Below are positions 1 to 10,836 of a stretch of 64,000 nt of DNA, one piece after another. The translations under genes were made by a program, and so were the position numbers. The notes under the pieces are model-generated. The model saw only the letters and a program-made list of their open reading frames with translations, made no database searches and was not told the DNA's origin. Origin of the DNA: Zygnema circumcarinatum SAG 698-1b (taxonomy: Eukaryota; Plantae; Zygnematophyceae); NCBI GenBank assembly GCA_037447605.1, contig CM074811.1:1364001-1428000 (forward strand). The letters are read 5' to 3'. Each line of letters starts with the position of its first letter. Within the stretch, counting starts at the first letter, position 1.

Positions 1-1
1 G

Positions 2-1744
2 CAGACGAAGCAGATCAAGGAGCCTCCTCCCTATGGCCGACGCCAGGGCTTCGTTCCGCGAAAGCTTGAAGACTTTGGGGATGGTGGTGCATTCCCTGAG
101 ATACACGTTGCGCAGTACCCGCTGGACATGGGTCGGAAGGAGGACCGAATTAGCAACAAAGTTCTTCCTCTTAATGTGGATGGAAAAGGAAGTGTGGCCT
201 TTGATGCTATCGTCAGGCAGGGTGAAAACCGCAATAAGACGGTGTTCACACAACAGCGGGACCTTGTTCCGAAGCTGCAGGACTTGGATGCCGCCGAGGA
301 CTTGAAGCGGCCTGATGATGAAGAAGCGCAGGAGACGACGGACCGTACGCGAATGGCCCTGGAAAAGATTGTGACCACTCGATTGAGTGCAGCACAACCG
401 AAGAGCTTGCCTGGTGCGCCGGATGCTCCAACTTTTATTAAGTATACACCATCTCAGCAGGGGGCGGCATTTAATTCGGGGGCAAAGGAGCGGGTTATTC
501 GCATGGTAGAAATGCCAAAGGATCCTTTGGAGCCCCCCAAGTTCAAGCATAAGCGTGTTCCGAAGGCCTCAGGCTCTCCTCCGGTCCCTGTCATGCACTC
601 TCCTCCAAGGCCTGTCACGGTGAAGGACCAGCAGGACTGGAAAATTCCTCCCTGCATATCTAACTGGAAGAATCCTAAGGGTTACACTATTCCTCTAGAC
701 AAGCGTTTGGCAGCTGATGGCCGCGGTTTGCAGGAAGTTCAAATTAATGACAATTTTGCTCGTCTCTCAGAAGCTCTATATGTTGCAGAAAACAAAGCTC
801 GAGAGGCTGTCGAAATGCGCTCTAAAATCCAGCGAGAACTCATGCTTAAGGAGAAGGAGAAAAAGGAGCAAGAACTTCGACAGCTTGCACAAGCAGCGCG
901 GTTGGAGCGAGCTGGTGGAGCTGCAATTGGAGGTGGAATTTCACGCGATTCTGCAGTGGCAGCCAGTGTGCCAGCTGGCAGTGCTGCAGCTAAAGGGCCT
1001 TCTTGGTCTGGTGCTGCTGGAGCTGGAGCTGGAGGAAGGGGCGCTGAAGCAGACTTGCCAACTGAAGATAAGATTAGGGGAGAAACCAGGGTGGAGAAGG
1101 AGGAGAGGTTAAAGAGGGAGGCAATCAGAGAAGAGAGGCGGAGGGAGAGGGAAAGGGAACGGAGGCTAGAGGCTAAGGAGGGGGGTAATCCAAGCAAGAA
1201 GAGCAAACTCACCCGTGACAGAGATCGTGATGTCAGTGAGAAGGTCGCCTTAGGTTTGGCTTCTACTGGTACTCGAGGGGGTGAAATCATGTATGATCAG
1301 CGACTGTTCAATCAGGAAAAGGGCATGGAATCTGGGTTTGCAGCAGATGATTCCTATAATGTTTACGATAAGCCAATGTTCAACCGTGAAGGGGCTGGTG
1401 GTCTGTTCAAGGTTAGGAAGCTGACAGATGATGAGATGGCTGGAGGAGGCGGGGTCGGTGAGGATGTTGACCAGGTTTTGAAAAGTGATCGTTTCCGTCC
1501 GGATAAAGGCTTTGCAGGGGCCACAGAAAGGGGTGCCCCACGCGACAAACCCGTGGAGTTTGAGGCAGCAGAAGCCGATCCTTTCGGTCTAGACCAGTTC
1601 TTGACGCAGGTGCGAGGGAAGAAGGCGACAGATAAGGTTGGACAGAGTGGGACAATGCGTGCCAGCGGTGGATCAGGGACTAAGGACAGTTACGAGGGGG
1701 GCTCTGGGCGAAAGCGTGTTGATTTTGAGAGAGGCGACAGATAG
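2..1744 (+). CDS. SKIP: SNW/SKI-interacting protein (spliceosome/transcription co-factor, Prp45 homolog); 5' end lies outside the window, no introns in the visible part
   Basis: The reading frame is open from nt 2 (QTKQIKEPPPYGRRQGFVPRKLEDFGDGGAFPEIHVAQYPLDMG). It contains the diagnostic SNW motif DWKIPPCISNWKNPKGYTIPLDKRLAADGRGLQ and the C-terminal YDQRLFNQEKG...DPFGLDQF. Confidence 0.97.
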   Translation, partial: QTKQIKEPPPYGRRQGFVPRKLEDFGDGGAFPEIHVAQYPLDMGRKEDRISNKVLPLNVDGKGSVAFDAIVRQGENRNKTVFTQQRDLVPKLQDLDAAEDLKRPDDEEAQETTDRTRMALEKIVTTRLSAAQPKSLPGAPDAPTFIKYTPSQQGAAFNSGAKERVIRMVEMPKDPLEPPKFKHKRVPKASGSPPVPVMHSPPRPVTVKDQQDWKIPPCISNWKNPKGYTIPLDKRLAADGRGLQEVQINDNFARLSEALYVAENKAREAVEMRSKIQRELMLKEKEKKEQELRQLAQAARLERAGGAAIGGGISRDSAVAASVPAGSAAAKGPSWSGAAGAGAGGRGAEADLPTEDKIRGETRVEKEERLKREAIREERRRERERERRLEAKEGGNPSKKSKLTRDRDRDVSEKVALGLASTGTRGGEIMYDQRLFNQEKGMESGFAADDSYNVYDKPMFNREGAGGLFKVRKLTDDEMAGGGGVGEDVDQVLKSDRFRPDKGFAGATERGAPRDKPVEFEAAEADPFGLDQFLTQVRGKKATDKVGQSGTMRASGGSGTKDSYEGGSGRKRVDFERGDR

Positions 1745-2913
1745 TTTACTTTTGTTGATCTTGTATCCATTGTTGCAGCTGTAGAAGTCTTGCAGTCTGA
1801 CAGGTTTTTTTAACTGGTGGAATGTACTTATGGAGCTCCTTTTCAGTTAGCCAGAGTGTTGTACAAAGCACGGCTCAAAAGCAGAAATTCATTGTGGCTT
1901 TGGCAATAAGTTGTTGATTTGCCATGCTTGGTGGGGCTTCGTGGGCATGGGTATTGGTGTTTCCCTGTCAATGGAAGTTTTGCACAGGCACATGTAGGAC
2001 CTGACTTTGCTGTTCCTATTGGGAAACATTCAACCTTACGGATTAGAGCTTTTAGATTTGAGTTCTGCGCAACTCAAGTTCTTTTTTCATTTGGAATGGT
2101 TACTCAAGCTCATACAACAGTTTAAAAATTCACGCCAATCTGTTGACCAACTATAGTTATAATAAGTTTGCAATAGATATATTCGGAAAAAGAAAGAAAA
2201 GATAGGTTGACATGCCGTCTTGTTCACTGACTAAAAATTTTGCCCCCAGCCAAAACTAGATGTACTCTTCATAAAATGGAGGGTCATTTGGAAAAATCCT
2301 AATCGAGAACCCTAGAAATTCTCGAAGTCTGTGAGGCCCTAAACCCCAATCTCACTTTCAAAACTTCCTCTAATTATCCTAGTAGCAGCTACTAACAGCG
2401 AAACATAAAATTATTACATGAACGCAGAAGAAACTGCCATGTTGAGTGTCCATCGAATCCTGCGTGATAACAGTTGTAACTAGTCGTTATTAGCAGGATA
2501 CAAAATATCATGAGAAGCAGACCAAAGTGCCTCGAATCCTTTCCTTCAGGCTGCCAATCCAAATCACATTCCGCCGTGGAGGCTTTCCGAAAGGAAGTGA
2601 AAAAACCGCCTGCTTCCTGATAAGAGCTGTGGTCACTTGTTTCCATTCATGGCCCGATTTCCACTTCTTATATTTGCTTATGACGAAGTCTGGGCTGGGC
2701 CCAAGCACCGCTGCCCTCCAATCCAGAACCAAGGCCACTATTGGCGTATCATAGAACACGTCTCGTGAACTATTTCTGGACTTCAAAAAAAAAGCAAATA
2801 CACCCCAGCACTGTAGAAAGTGACTTGGAAGCACAGCGCTGTTTCCATAAGTTTGAACTTCCGTGAGCCTTTGAAGTCGTGGTCAAATAGCTTAACCTCC
2901 GCAAAAAGGCATT

Positions 2914-4598
2914 TTATTGCTGCTTTATGCCCAATTTCTTCATCGTGTCAACCATAACATGGCACACTGCAAAGCATCCTGGAGGCCTCAAGTCATCATC
3001 GTCAGAATCTGAGTAGTCTCCAGCAAACCCTGTTGCACTCTCTGTGCTTGTTCTTCCATCCAACCGCACAACTTCATTCAGCTTGCTTGCTTCGAACCCA
3101 TTGTGATCCCTTTCTGACTGCTTCTCTGCGGCTTCATTTTTCTCAGGCTGGGCTTCAGGTAACACAGATACAGCTTCAGAACTTTGCGCCTGGGAAGGTT
3201 GTTCTGCCTCGTTATCTGCCGCCAGTTCTTCCTGCCTGACAGCTGTTTCCGGCTGATCACTAGAGCTTTCTTCCTGCACATTAACATCCATGTCACGCAG
3301 TTACAAACTGAAACGACTCAGCTCCACTAATCAAAACAGTGTCTGCAGTCAGGGCTTACCGTTACAAAGACGGCAGAAAAGCGGGTTCTCTTTAAAAGCT
3401 AGTATCCTATTCAATCTTGTTCCCGATGAATGGGGTGTATGTCAATGAGTCAACCGATATTAGAATGTGATGCTTTTAGTGTATTGCCATTAAGCATTGA
3501 TGCTTTCACATTACTCATTTGTTTATGGAGCCAAATAAACAACAATCTACCAAGTGTTTTGTGCTGACATCACAACCTTCGACACAAAAGCACCGCCTTG
3601 AAATCCTCGATCTGCACGGGAGCCCCAGCTTTGCAAATAAAATAAAAAAATACTAAGCTAATCTCCAAACAAAGCAGGAATAAGTTCAAGGCAGCCGCAA
3701 GTACCTGAGGAACTGCAGGCTTGAACAGAGAAATCACTGGCTCAGATAATTCTTCAGTTTCAGAGTTCACATTTACGATGTCCTCACTTACTCGTCGAAC
3801 TTGCATGCTAACTGCATCACCTTCAAATTCCTTTTTCTCCTCATCCTTTACTTCTCTGCCACGGGTTTGTTCTATACTTGGTCCGTCGTCTTCCTCCTCC
3901 TCCTCCTCTTCCTCAACCTCCTCTTCCACTTCCTCATCGTCAAACTGGATGCCTTGCACCTTGTCAACAGACCGTATCCTCAAGCTAAGGTTGTTATTCA
4001 AAGATTTCTTCACCTCCTCCTCTGTCAAACACTTTGTTTCAGCTAACTCGTTCGTTTGCTCCTCTTCGTTCGCTTCCTCAGAGTCCACAGCTTTCACAAT
4101 TAAATTTTCGCGTTCCTGCTCCTCCTTGACATTCTTTCTTGTCTCCTCCACATCGGACTCCTCCATGTCATCACCACTCTCATCCTCATCGAAATGATCC
4201 ACAACCCCGGTTTTGGGAGGGTTTGGAACATAGTCATCATTGTTAGCGTCAAAATCTTTTTCCGAAACGGAAAGCGCTGGGTACTCTCCGTCATCAAATT
4301 TGGTGTCCTCCTCCTCCTCACTTTCTTGCTGATCATCCATTAACGTCACACCATTGCTATGAGTGACAAACTTATCTATTACGAAAATTTGCGGCTCCGC
4401 TGTGTTTATTCTGACTTTTGCTGCTCCAGACGGCTCAGTGTGACCTTCATCAGCTTCACCTTCACCTTCCTCTTCTTCCTCCTCCCAGTCTTCCTCAGAA
4501 TCACCGAGCTCTTTATACATTACCTCCTGATCATCATCTTCGTCCTTGCTAACTTTGGCACGGGGTGCGAAGGCCACTTCTGCGGCCATGGCTGCCAA
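2914..4598 (-). CDS. Uncharacterised highly acidic, low-complexity protein (acidic gene A)
   Basis: E/D-rich ORF 3705-4598 ends at a phase-0 donor (CAG|GTACTT) and joins a phase-0 acceptor at 3273 (GTGCAG|GAA) into ORF 2914-3291. A further exon near 2508-2810 is possible but unresolved. No family recognised. Confidence 0.62.
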
Positions 4599-5367
4599 GC
4601 GCTGCTGACTCTGAAAACCAAAGAGAAGGGGTAAACTCTGTGCGTCCTTGACGCTAGCGTATTAAAACTCAAGTAATCAAGCAAACGGAGTGGGAAAGAA
4701 AAAAGTACGAGGCGAAAAGAAGGAAAAGGAGATTAATAAAAAAATTAAACTTGCAGCATACAACGGCTAACTCCGCAGTACCGCCGAGTTTCCCGCAACC
4801 AAGTCACAAGAACGCCTGCCGCCCGTCCCTCTTCAAAAAATTCTCTCGCTTCCAGCACCTCAGTACTCCCTCTTTAACCCCCTCTCTCCCCTCTCTCCCT
4901 CCCTCTCTCTCCTCCCTCCCTCCCTCCCTCTCCTGCAGCGGCGGCCTCCGGCGAGCGGCTTTGGGGGCTCCACGTGTCGCTCTGGGGAGGAGCCAGCGCC
5001 GCCCTGCGGCTTGTTGGGGGCCCGCGCCTCCCGCTTCCCTCTGAGGACGGCCTCTCGTCCGTCGGCGGCCACGTCGCGTCCGCGAGCAGCGGATACTTCG
5101 AGGTACTTCAAATGAATAATTCCGTTTCCCTTTGTACGGACGCTGTTTGAAAATCGACGGCCGACAAGCGCTGAATTTGAAAAATAACGGTCATGATCGA
5201 CCGTTGTGCCGTACGGACGGATCTCTACGGGAAACAAACGGTCGACCGGTTCAAGATTCCGTACCGTACAAAAAAAATTGTTCCAGTACGGTACGGTGTG
5301 TGGAAAGTGACGTCACTGATCGCTCGCGCGCGTCGTACATGTGCTGTAGGAATTGCACGTTTAAAAT

Positions 5368-5753
5368 CTCGAGCAACCATTGGCAATGGTTCCAACCATT
5401 GGATTGAATGGACATGGGAAATGATTGGAACAAAAAAAAAAACAACCATTAAAACCATGGAACCATTTGTTTTGATTAATTTTGAATATTAAGGTGAAAA
5501 TCCAAGTTAGGTTGCTATAGAAAATCTAGAAGCACGGCCCTTTCGCACAATACGAGACGTGAGTTCAAATCCGTCAGTCGAGGAAGACACGTTTCCATTT
5601 TTCTAGGTACAGTACCGTAATGTTTCCAACCATTGCAATGGCTTCCAACCATTGGGTTCATCATTGGTTGCCTCCAATGGTTGCCAAGAATTCCCATGAT
5701 TGCCAACTATTGGGCGCCAACCAATGCTATCCAACGGTTGTCCAATGGGCTCG
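5368..5753. mobile_element. Foldback/MITE-like non-autonomous element, copy 1 (palindromic CAATGG/CCATTG module arrays flanking a spacer)
   Basis: Two module arrays (about 5370-5470 and 5620-5753) with imperfect terminal inverted repeats (TCGAGCAACCATTGG vs reverse complement TCGAGCCCATTGG). Arm and spacer are homologous, in inverse orientation, to 54133-54656. No target-site duplication seen. Confidence 0.55.
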
Positions 5754-5846
5754 ATTGTCACGGAATACCTCTCTACCGTAGACGTCCATGTTCAGATAAA
5801 ACGACAAGAAAACAAATCGAGGGCAACTTCCGCGCAGCGCACCATG

Positions 5847-5885
5847 ATGGCATGGCATGGGATGGCATGGCATGGCATGGCATGG
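5847..5885 (+). repeat. (ATGGC)n pentanucleotide microsatellite, ~8 units
   Basis: atggcatggcatgggatggcatggcatggcatggcatgg read directly. Confidence 0.9.
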
Positions 5886-6316
5886 GAGTCATCCATTCTG
5901 AGGGTCGTTTTGGCAAGTGCATGTCATGTCAAGTATGTGTCTGACTCGCTCCTGCAGCGCAGCCGGCCTGGCAGCCTCCTGAGATAGAGATAGATGTTAC
6001 TTTTTCCTAGTCTTGCATGAAAGAAGGCTCAGCTGAATTTGAATGAATTTTTTTTATTGTATTGGAAGCGGAGGAGGAAAGGAAGAATGTGAAGGTCGAC
6101 AGCTTTGTCTACAGCTTCATGAGACGGAGTATAAGCCTGAGATAGTGATCAGTTCGTGTATCAGCTTTCTTGGTGCCATTTTTTTGCCATAGACGGCTTC
6201 TACATCGTTGCTAACATTTTCACAAATGCTTGGAGTTTGACTGAAGGCAGCAGAACGGATGATGGGAGTCAGCCAGTCCATTTGTTTTGGATAAACTTGA
6301 AGGAGAGGTAATAGCT

Positions 6317-9300
6317 ATGGCTACGCCTATTGAGGTTACTGGACGTGATGACGTGACGGAGGAGGTGGTGAATGAAGAGATGGAAGCGGATGCAGTCCCA
6401 AAGCAAGGGGTGGTGAGCTTGCATGACAGCAGTTCTTTGGGAGATAAAGGAAAAGAGGAACCTTCAAAATATGAGAGCCCTTCAGAGCGCGAGAAAGCAT
6501 CTCAGCATAGTTCAGGGCTTGAAGCTGCTGAAGCTATAGCTGAGTATCCTGCGCCTTTGGTGTCGAACGATCAGTCAGACGTTTACGTTGAGGGTAGTCC
6601 GAGAGCTGGACCAGCCGGGTCGACTATTTCGGAAGAGCTCTATCCTGCATTAAGTATATCTGAGAAGGATTGGGGGGATGATGAATGGTACATACCTGAA
6701 CGAGATGGAAGGAAAAGAGTGAAAGGAAGAGCATCTGATGGTGGGATTCCATTCGCACCTCAGAGTTGGGAACTAAATGAAGCAGTTGATGTCCGACCAC
6801 GAGTGAGGGCAGTTAGCGAGTTTGGGATAGACAGCGAGGAGGAGGAAGGAGACGACGATGAAGAGGAGGAGGAGGGACAATGGGAAGAACTTGACGATCA
6901 TGAGGAATCTGAAGTTGAGAGTTTGGTGGAGGAGGAGGAGGAGGAGGAGGTGCGTGGGAATGGCCTATCGGTGAGAAAAGATGGGGTGGTACGAGTCGCT
7001 GGTCGAGAAGGAGATCGTTTTGGACTCCATGAGTATGAGGATGATGACAATTCGGACGTGGGGGTCGACGAGGAGAATGATGGCGTTGAAGAAAGTTCAA
7101 TTTCCAATGTTTCTCAGAGCATTATTGCCCGGATGGAGGCAGAGGAGGAACTGGAACCATTTCACACTTCTGGGTTAAATGCAAAAGTTGTACATGATGA
7201 TGAAGACGAGTGGGAAGAGGAGGACGAAGAGGACGAAGAGGACTTAGACGAGTTCCTTGACGAGGCCCTCCACTTTGTGGCTGAACAAGCCATTCCAAGA
7301 GCCGCTCCAAGTCCAGACCACGAAGGGGTGAGTCATCTCTTCTGCCAAGCTTCTTCCTTCCGTGCACAAGTATCCTTTCCACGTATGCATATGGATATGC
7401 TCATGCGCAAGTGTTTGTCACAAACTTTTGGCTACCTTCCAGTATCTCCGATTTTGTTGAAGGGTCCATTGGTCAAGCAATAGTTTACCGATGCCACACA
7501 TAGAGAAATTCGAGCTGCCTCGCCAGAGGAAAGAGATATTTCTCTAAGCGGATTGTTCTATTAGTGCTTGTTAGTTAATTCTGTGATGTTGTTTTTGCTC
7601 CTTACCTTTTTGATTAGTGTCAGGTTCACACGTTCAATGTCTGCTACATAAGTACCGTACTTCTTATTCAGGAAATCTGAGATTTTTTGTTTCTTTTTCA
7701 GGTAGAACATCGTGAGCTCCCAGCCTGGATTTCGTTGAGGAGAGCAGATTTATCAGAAGAGCAGCAAAAACAAGTGGAGGAAGCGAGATCTGCGCTTATG
7801 GCAAGTGAGGCCTTGGCTTCGCATCTGGAAACTGAGCTTGATGGGTATCGCAAAAGAGCTTCTACTTTAGAAGCCATGACTCTCAGACTCTCAGAGGAGC
7901 TACATGCCAAACGACGTCTTGTGATTATCTCAGCAGAGCGTGCAAGGCTGGCAGAGGCAGCTGCAGCAGCCATGGCATCAAAAGTGGAAACTACAGGAAC
8001 AAGTGAGAATGCAGAATTAGCACAATTGAAGGAAGAGGTCCAACGGCTGAGGGAAGAGATGGCTAAGAAGACGGTGCAATCAGCTCGAGGGGATGAGCAG
8101 CATGGCACGCAAGTGGAGGAGGTTACTTGCTCACGAGGTGGAGCAATTGAGACATCTCTCAATGGTAGTGGGGAGGAGGCGAGAGAATTGATAGCGAAGT
8201 TGAGAAGGGATTTGGAATGCCAGGAAAAAGTGGCCAAAGATCAAGCGAATAAAGCCACAATGACTCGACATAAGCTTCTTCAGGCTGAGCAAGCATTGGA
8301 AGCCATGAGATCGACGTTACAGGCCGAGGAGGTTGCAAAACGTGAAATGACGAGAGACCTTAAAACGTTGCGGGAACAGGTGGCATCTTTGCAGCAGAGT
8401 GGGAAGGGAGCACCAAATGAACGGCTGGGGGGGGGTGGGTTAAGAAAGGTGCATGGAAGGGATAAGATGCTTCAACGGGATATCATGGCAAAGGATCTGG
8501 GTCTGTCAGATGTTGATGAAGAAACGAAGAAATTAAAGGAGGAGTTGAAATCAGTGATGAGCTTATTGTCTGAAGCAGCAAAATGTTTTTGTTTGGAAAA
8601 ATGTTTGGAGTCTGGCACGAACGGGCTGCCAGCTTCACAGAATTCAGGAGGGGAGCTAGTAAAACTACTTACCAGTAAGTTACAGGATTTGCAAGAGGAA
8701 GTCAAAGCAGCTCAGAAGCGGGCTAGTGGGGCAGAGAATCGACTGGCTACTTTTGGAATACAACCTGATGAGGCAGCTCACTTGGAGTCAATAGAAAAAG
8801 AGTCAGATAGGCTGAAAAGGCAGGCGAAGGCTGTTGGGGAGAAGCTAGAGTTGGAGAGACAACGGTATGAGGACAAGGGAGGGGCATTGGCAAGTTTTCA
8901 TAGCAACCCTCTCTTCGTTTCTGAACCCCACGAGTCGGAAAGGGCGGGAATGTCCGGCTCTCCTAATGAGCGAGAGCATGGGTTAGTCAAGTCATTGGTG
9001 CGTAAGTTCGAGGATGATGTGAATCTGACGAGATTGGAAATCGAGCAGTGGAAGGCGAGAGAGGAAGCAGCAAAGACGGAGGCTCAAAGGCATGCTGTCC
9101 GACATTCTTTTGATAAACGGTTGCAGTCAGTGCGGGCAACAGCTGTGGGTGGTAGCAATGGCAGTGTGGGTGAGGGTGCGAAAAAGGGGAGGGGTCAGAA
9201 GTCTGTTTTCGCAGAGGAAGTGCAAAGGGATGTGGCATTTCCATCCTTGAAGAACGTGCATGAAGCTGAAACGAAGGGAGTAGGGGGAGAAGATCATACA

Positions 9301-9864
9301 GTTGGGCAAGCAACGGAGATGGCTGAACTTCAGGTGTTGGGACCTCAAAGGGCTGCAGGGAAAGAAGGTGGGATAGAAGGTGTTGCTGAACAGGGAATGG
9401 CCTTAGGAGTGGGGGTATCACCTGACAGGGTTCAAGCAGGAGCCAGTGATGTTCAATCACCGGATTTGGATAGTGAAAGAACAAAATGCTCATTAGAAGA
9501 ACGATTTAATGAATCCCAGGTGGTAATTACAGAGGACAAAGCCCAACCGGAGCGTGCTTTTGTGAACGGAGGTTCTATGGGTGACCGTCAGTTGTGGAAG
9601 AAATTGGCAGCTTTACAGCAAGACTTGGCGAATGCTAAAGCGAGAGCATCACAGCTTTGCTCGGGGTTGAAAAGGGCTCAGGACCAGGCACATTCTGTCA
9701 CAGAAGACGATGCCAAGATGCCTGATCTTCCCAAGGGACGGCCCATAGTTACTAAACAGTGGAGCGCTGCAGCTTTAACGAATGGAGAGCGGCAAACAGA
9801 TCGGCAGAGCAGGTTTAGAGAGACCTTGCGGACAAGGACCTTTTCAAGTACACGGGGAGTTTGA
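6317..9864 (+). CDS. Uncharacterised large protein with an acidic disordered N-terminus and a long coiled-coil C-terminus (acidic gene B)
   Basis: Exon 1 6317-7327 (MATPIEVTG..., donor GGG|GTGAGT) is spliced in phase 0 to exon 2 7702-9864 (TTTTCAG|GTA). Exon 2 has extensive heptad-like E/K/L/A/Q segments. No family recognised. Confidence 0.75.
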
Positions 9865-10836
9865 GCTGCTAATGTGCGTTCTGTTATTTGGCAGTGTTCG
9901 GCTCAACTAAAGCGTGGAGTTATGATTTGAGGGTGAGAATAGGGAGAGGGGGAGAAATTAATGGACGAGATAAGGGGGGTTACATTCTTGGAGAGATGCT
10001 CATGGTGTAGGAGAGCTTTGGCAGAGCAATAATCTTGACATTCATCCACAGAAGCATTCTTTTTTTCGTTTTGAGGCAAGCGGACTGTGTCAGTCGGATT
10101 GGACTCTTGTCGAATTCGCGGAGTGTACTAAAACCATTTTGGTTCATGAAATCGAGCTATTTTGTAGACCTTGGCCTTCTCCCTTCTCGAGGACAATTGT
10201 TGTAGACCTGCTTGTATCGCGGAAAAATGAAGAGCATCAGTGAAAAGTATCAGATACTTGAATTGGAAACCAGGTTTTACCAAGATTGTGGGACAATGCT
10301 AACCCAACAGGAAACATTTAAGGGAGGGGATGTGCTGTCTTTGTTGTCAGACTTGGAGTTTCCATAGCATGCCTGCTTCATAACTTGAGAGGCTCCATAA
10401 TGGGATTTGGTGACAAAGGACAGCCGCCATTTAAGTCCTGTCATGAGCTATGACAATGAGCCACGAGTCATGTCACGTCACAAGTCTTTACTAGTCATAA
10501 CCCACTTTGTCGAAAGCCATAAAATCAAAAAGCATGAATCACATGCAAGTAACCTCTCAATTTTGGAAATTCCTTGATACAAAAGAGAAGAAATTGCTCT
10601 TCTCGGATGAATTTCACTCTGTGGCTCCGCCAGATACTTCCCTTTCCTCGACTCTCCCTATCCCCTGCGTCAAGTGTCTATCGCCTACTGTCAACAAGTA
10701 CCAAACCCTAATTTTATCAAGAGAATCCGAAGATCAGAGAACATTCTATAAGGCACATGATCCCTCCCTCACCGCATCACCAAAAGAATGGAAGCCTAAA
10801 AAGAAGCACCAACAGTGAATCCTAAAACTGCTTTGT

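Noticed and set aside
2392-2834. Separate small genes (84-108 aa ORFs), including a TM-like segment and a FFAT-like DVFYDTP
   Set aside because: There is no promoter context. These could be a final exon or the 3'UTR of acidic gene A, and the splice phase cannot be decided without transcripts.
5556-5580. tRNA T-loop/B-box-like GAGTTCAAATCC, possible tRNA or SINE
   Set aside because: There is no T-stem pairing, A-box or cloverleaf, and the homologous position in element copy 2 lacks the motif.
7370-7378. In-frame U12-type donor GTATCCTTT 42 nt downstream of the U2 donor in acidic gene B
   Set aside because: No U12 branch site lies near the productive acceptor at 7701. The TCCTTAC at ~7599 leads to an in-frame stop. 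It is probably chance, though junction reads could revive it.
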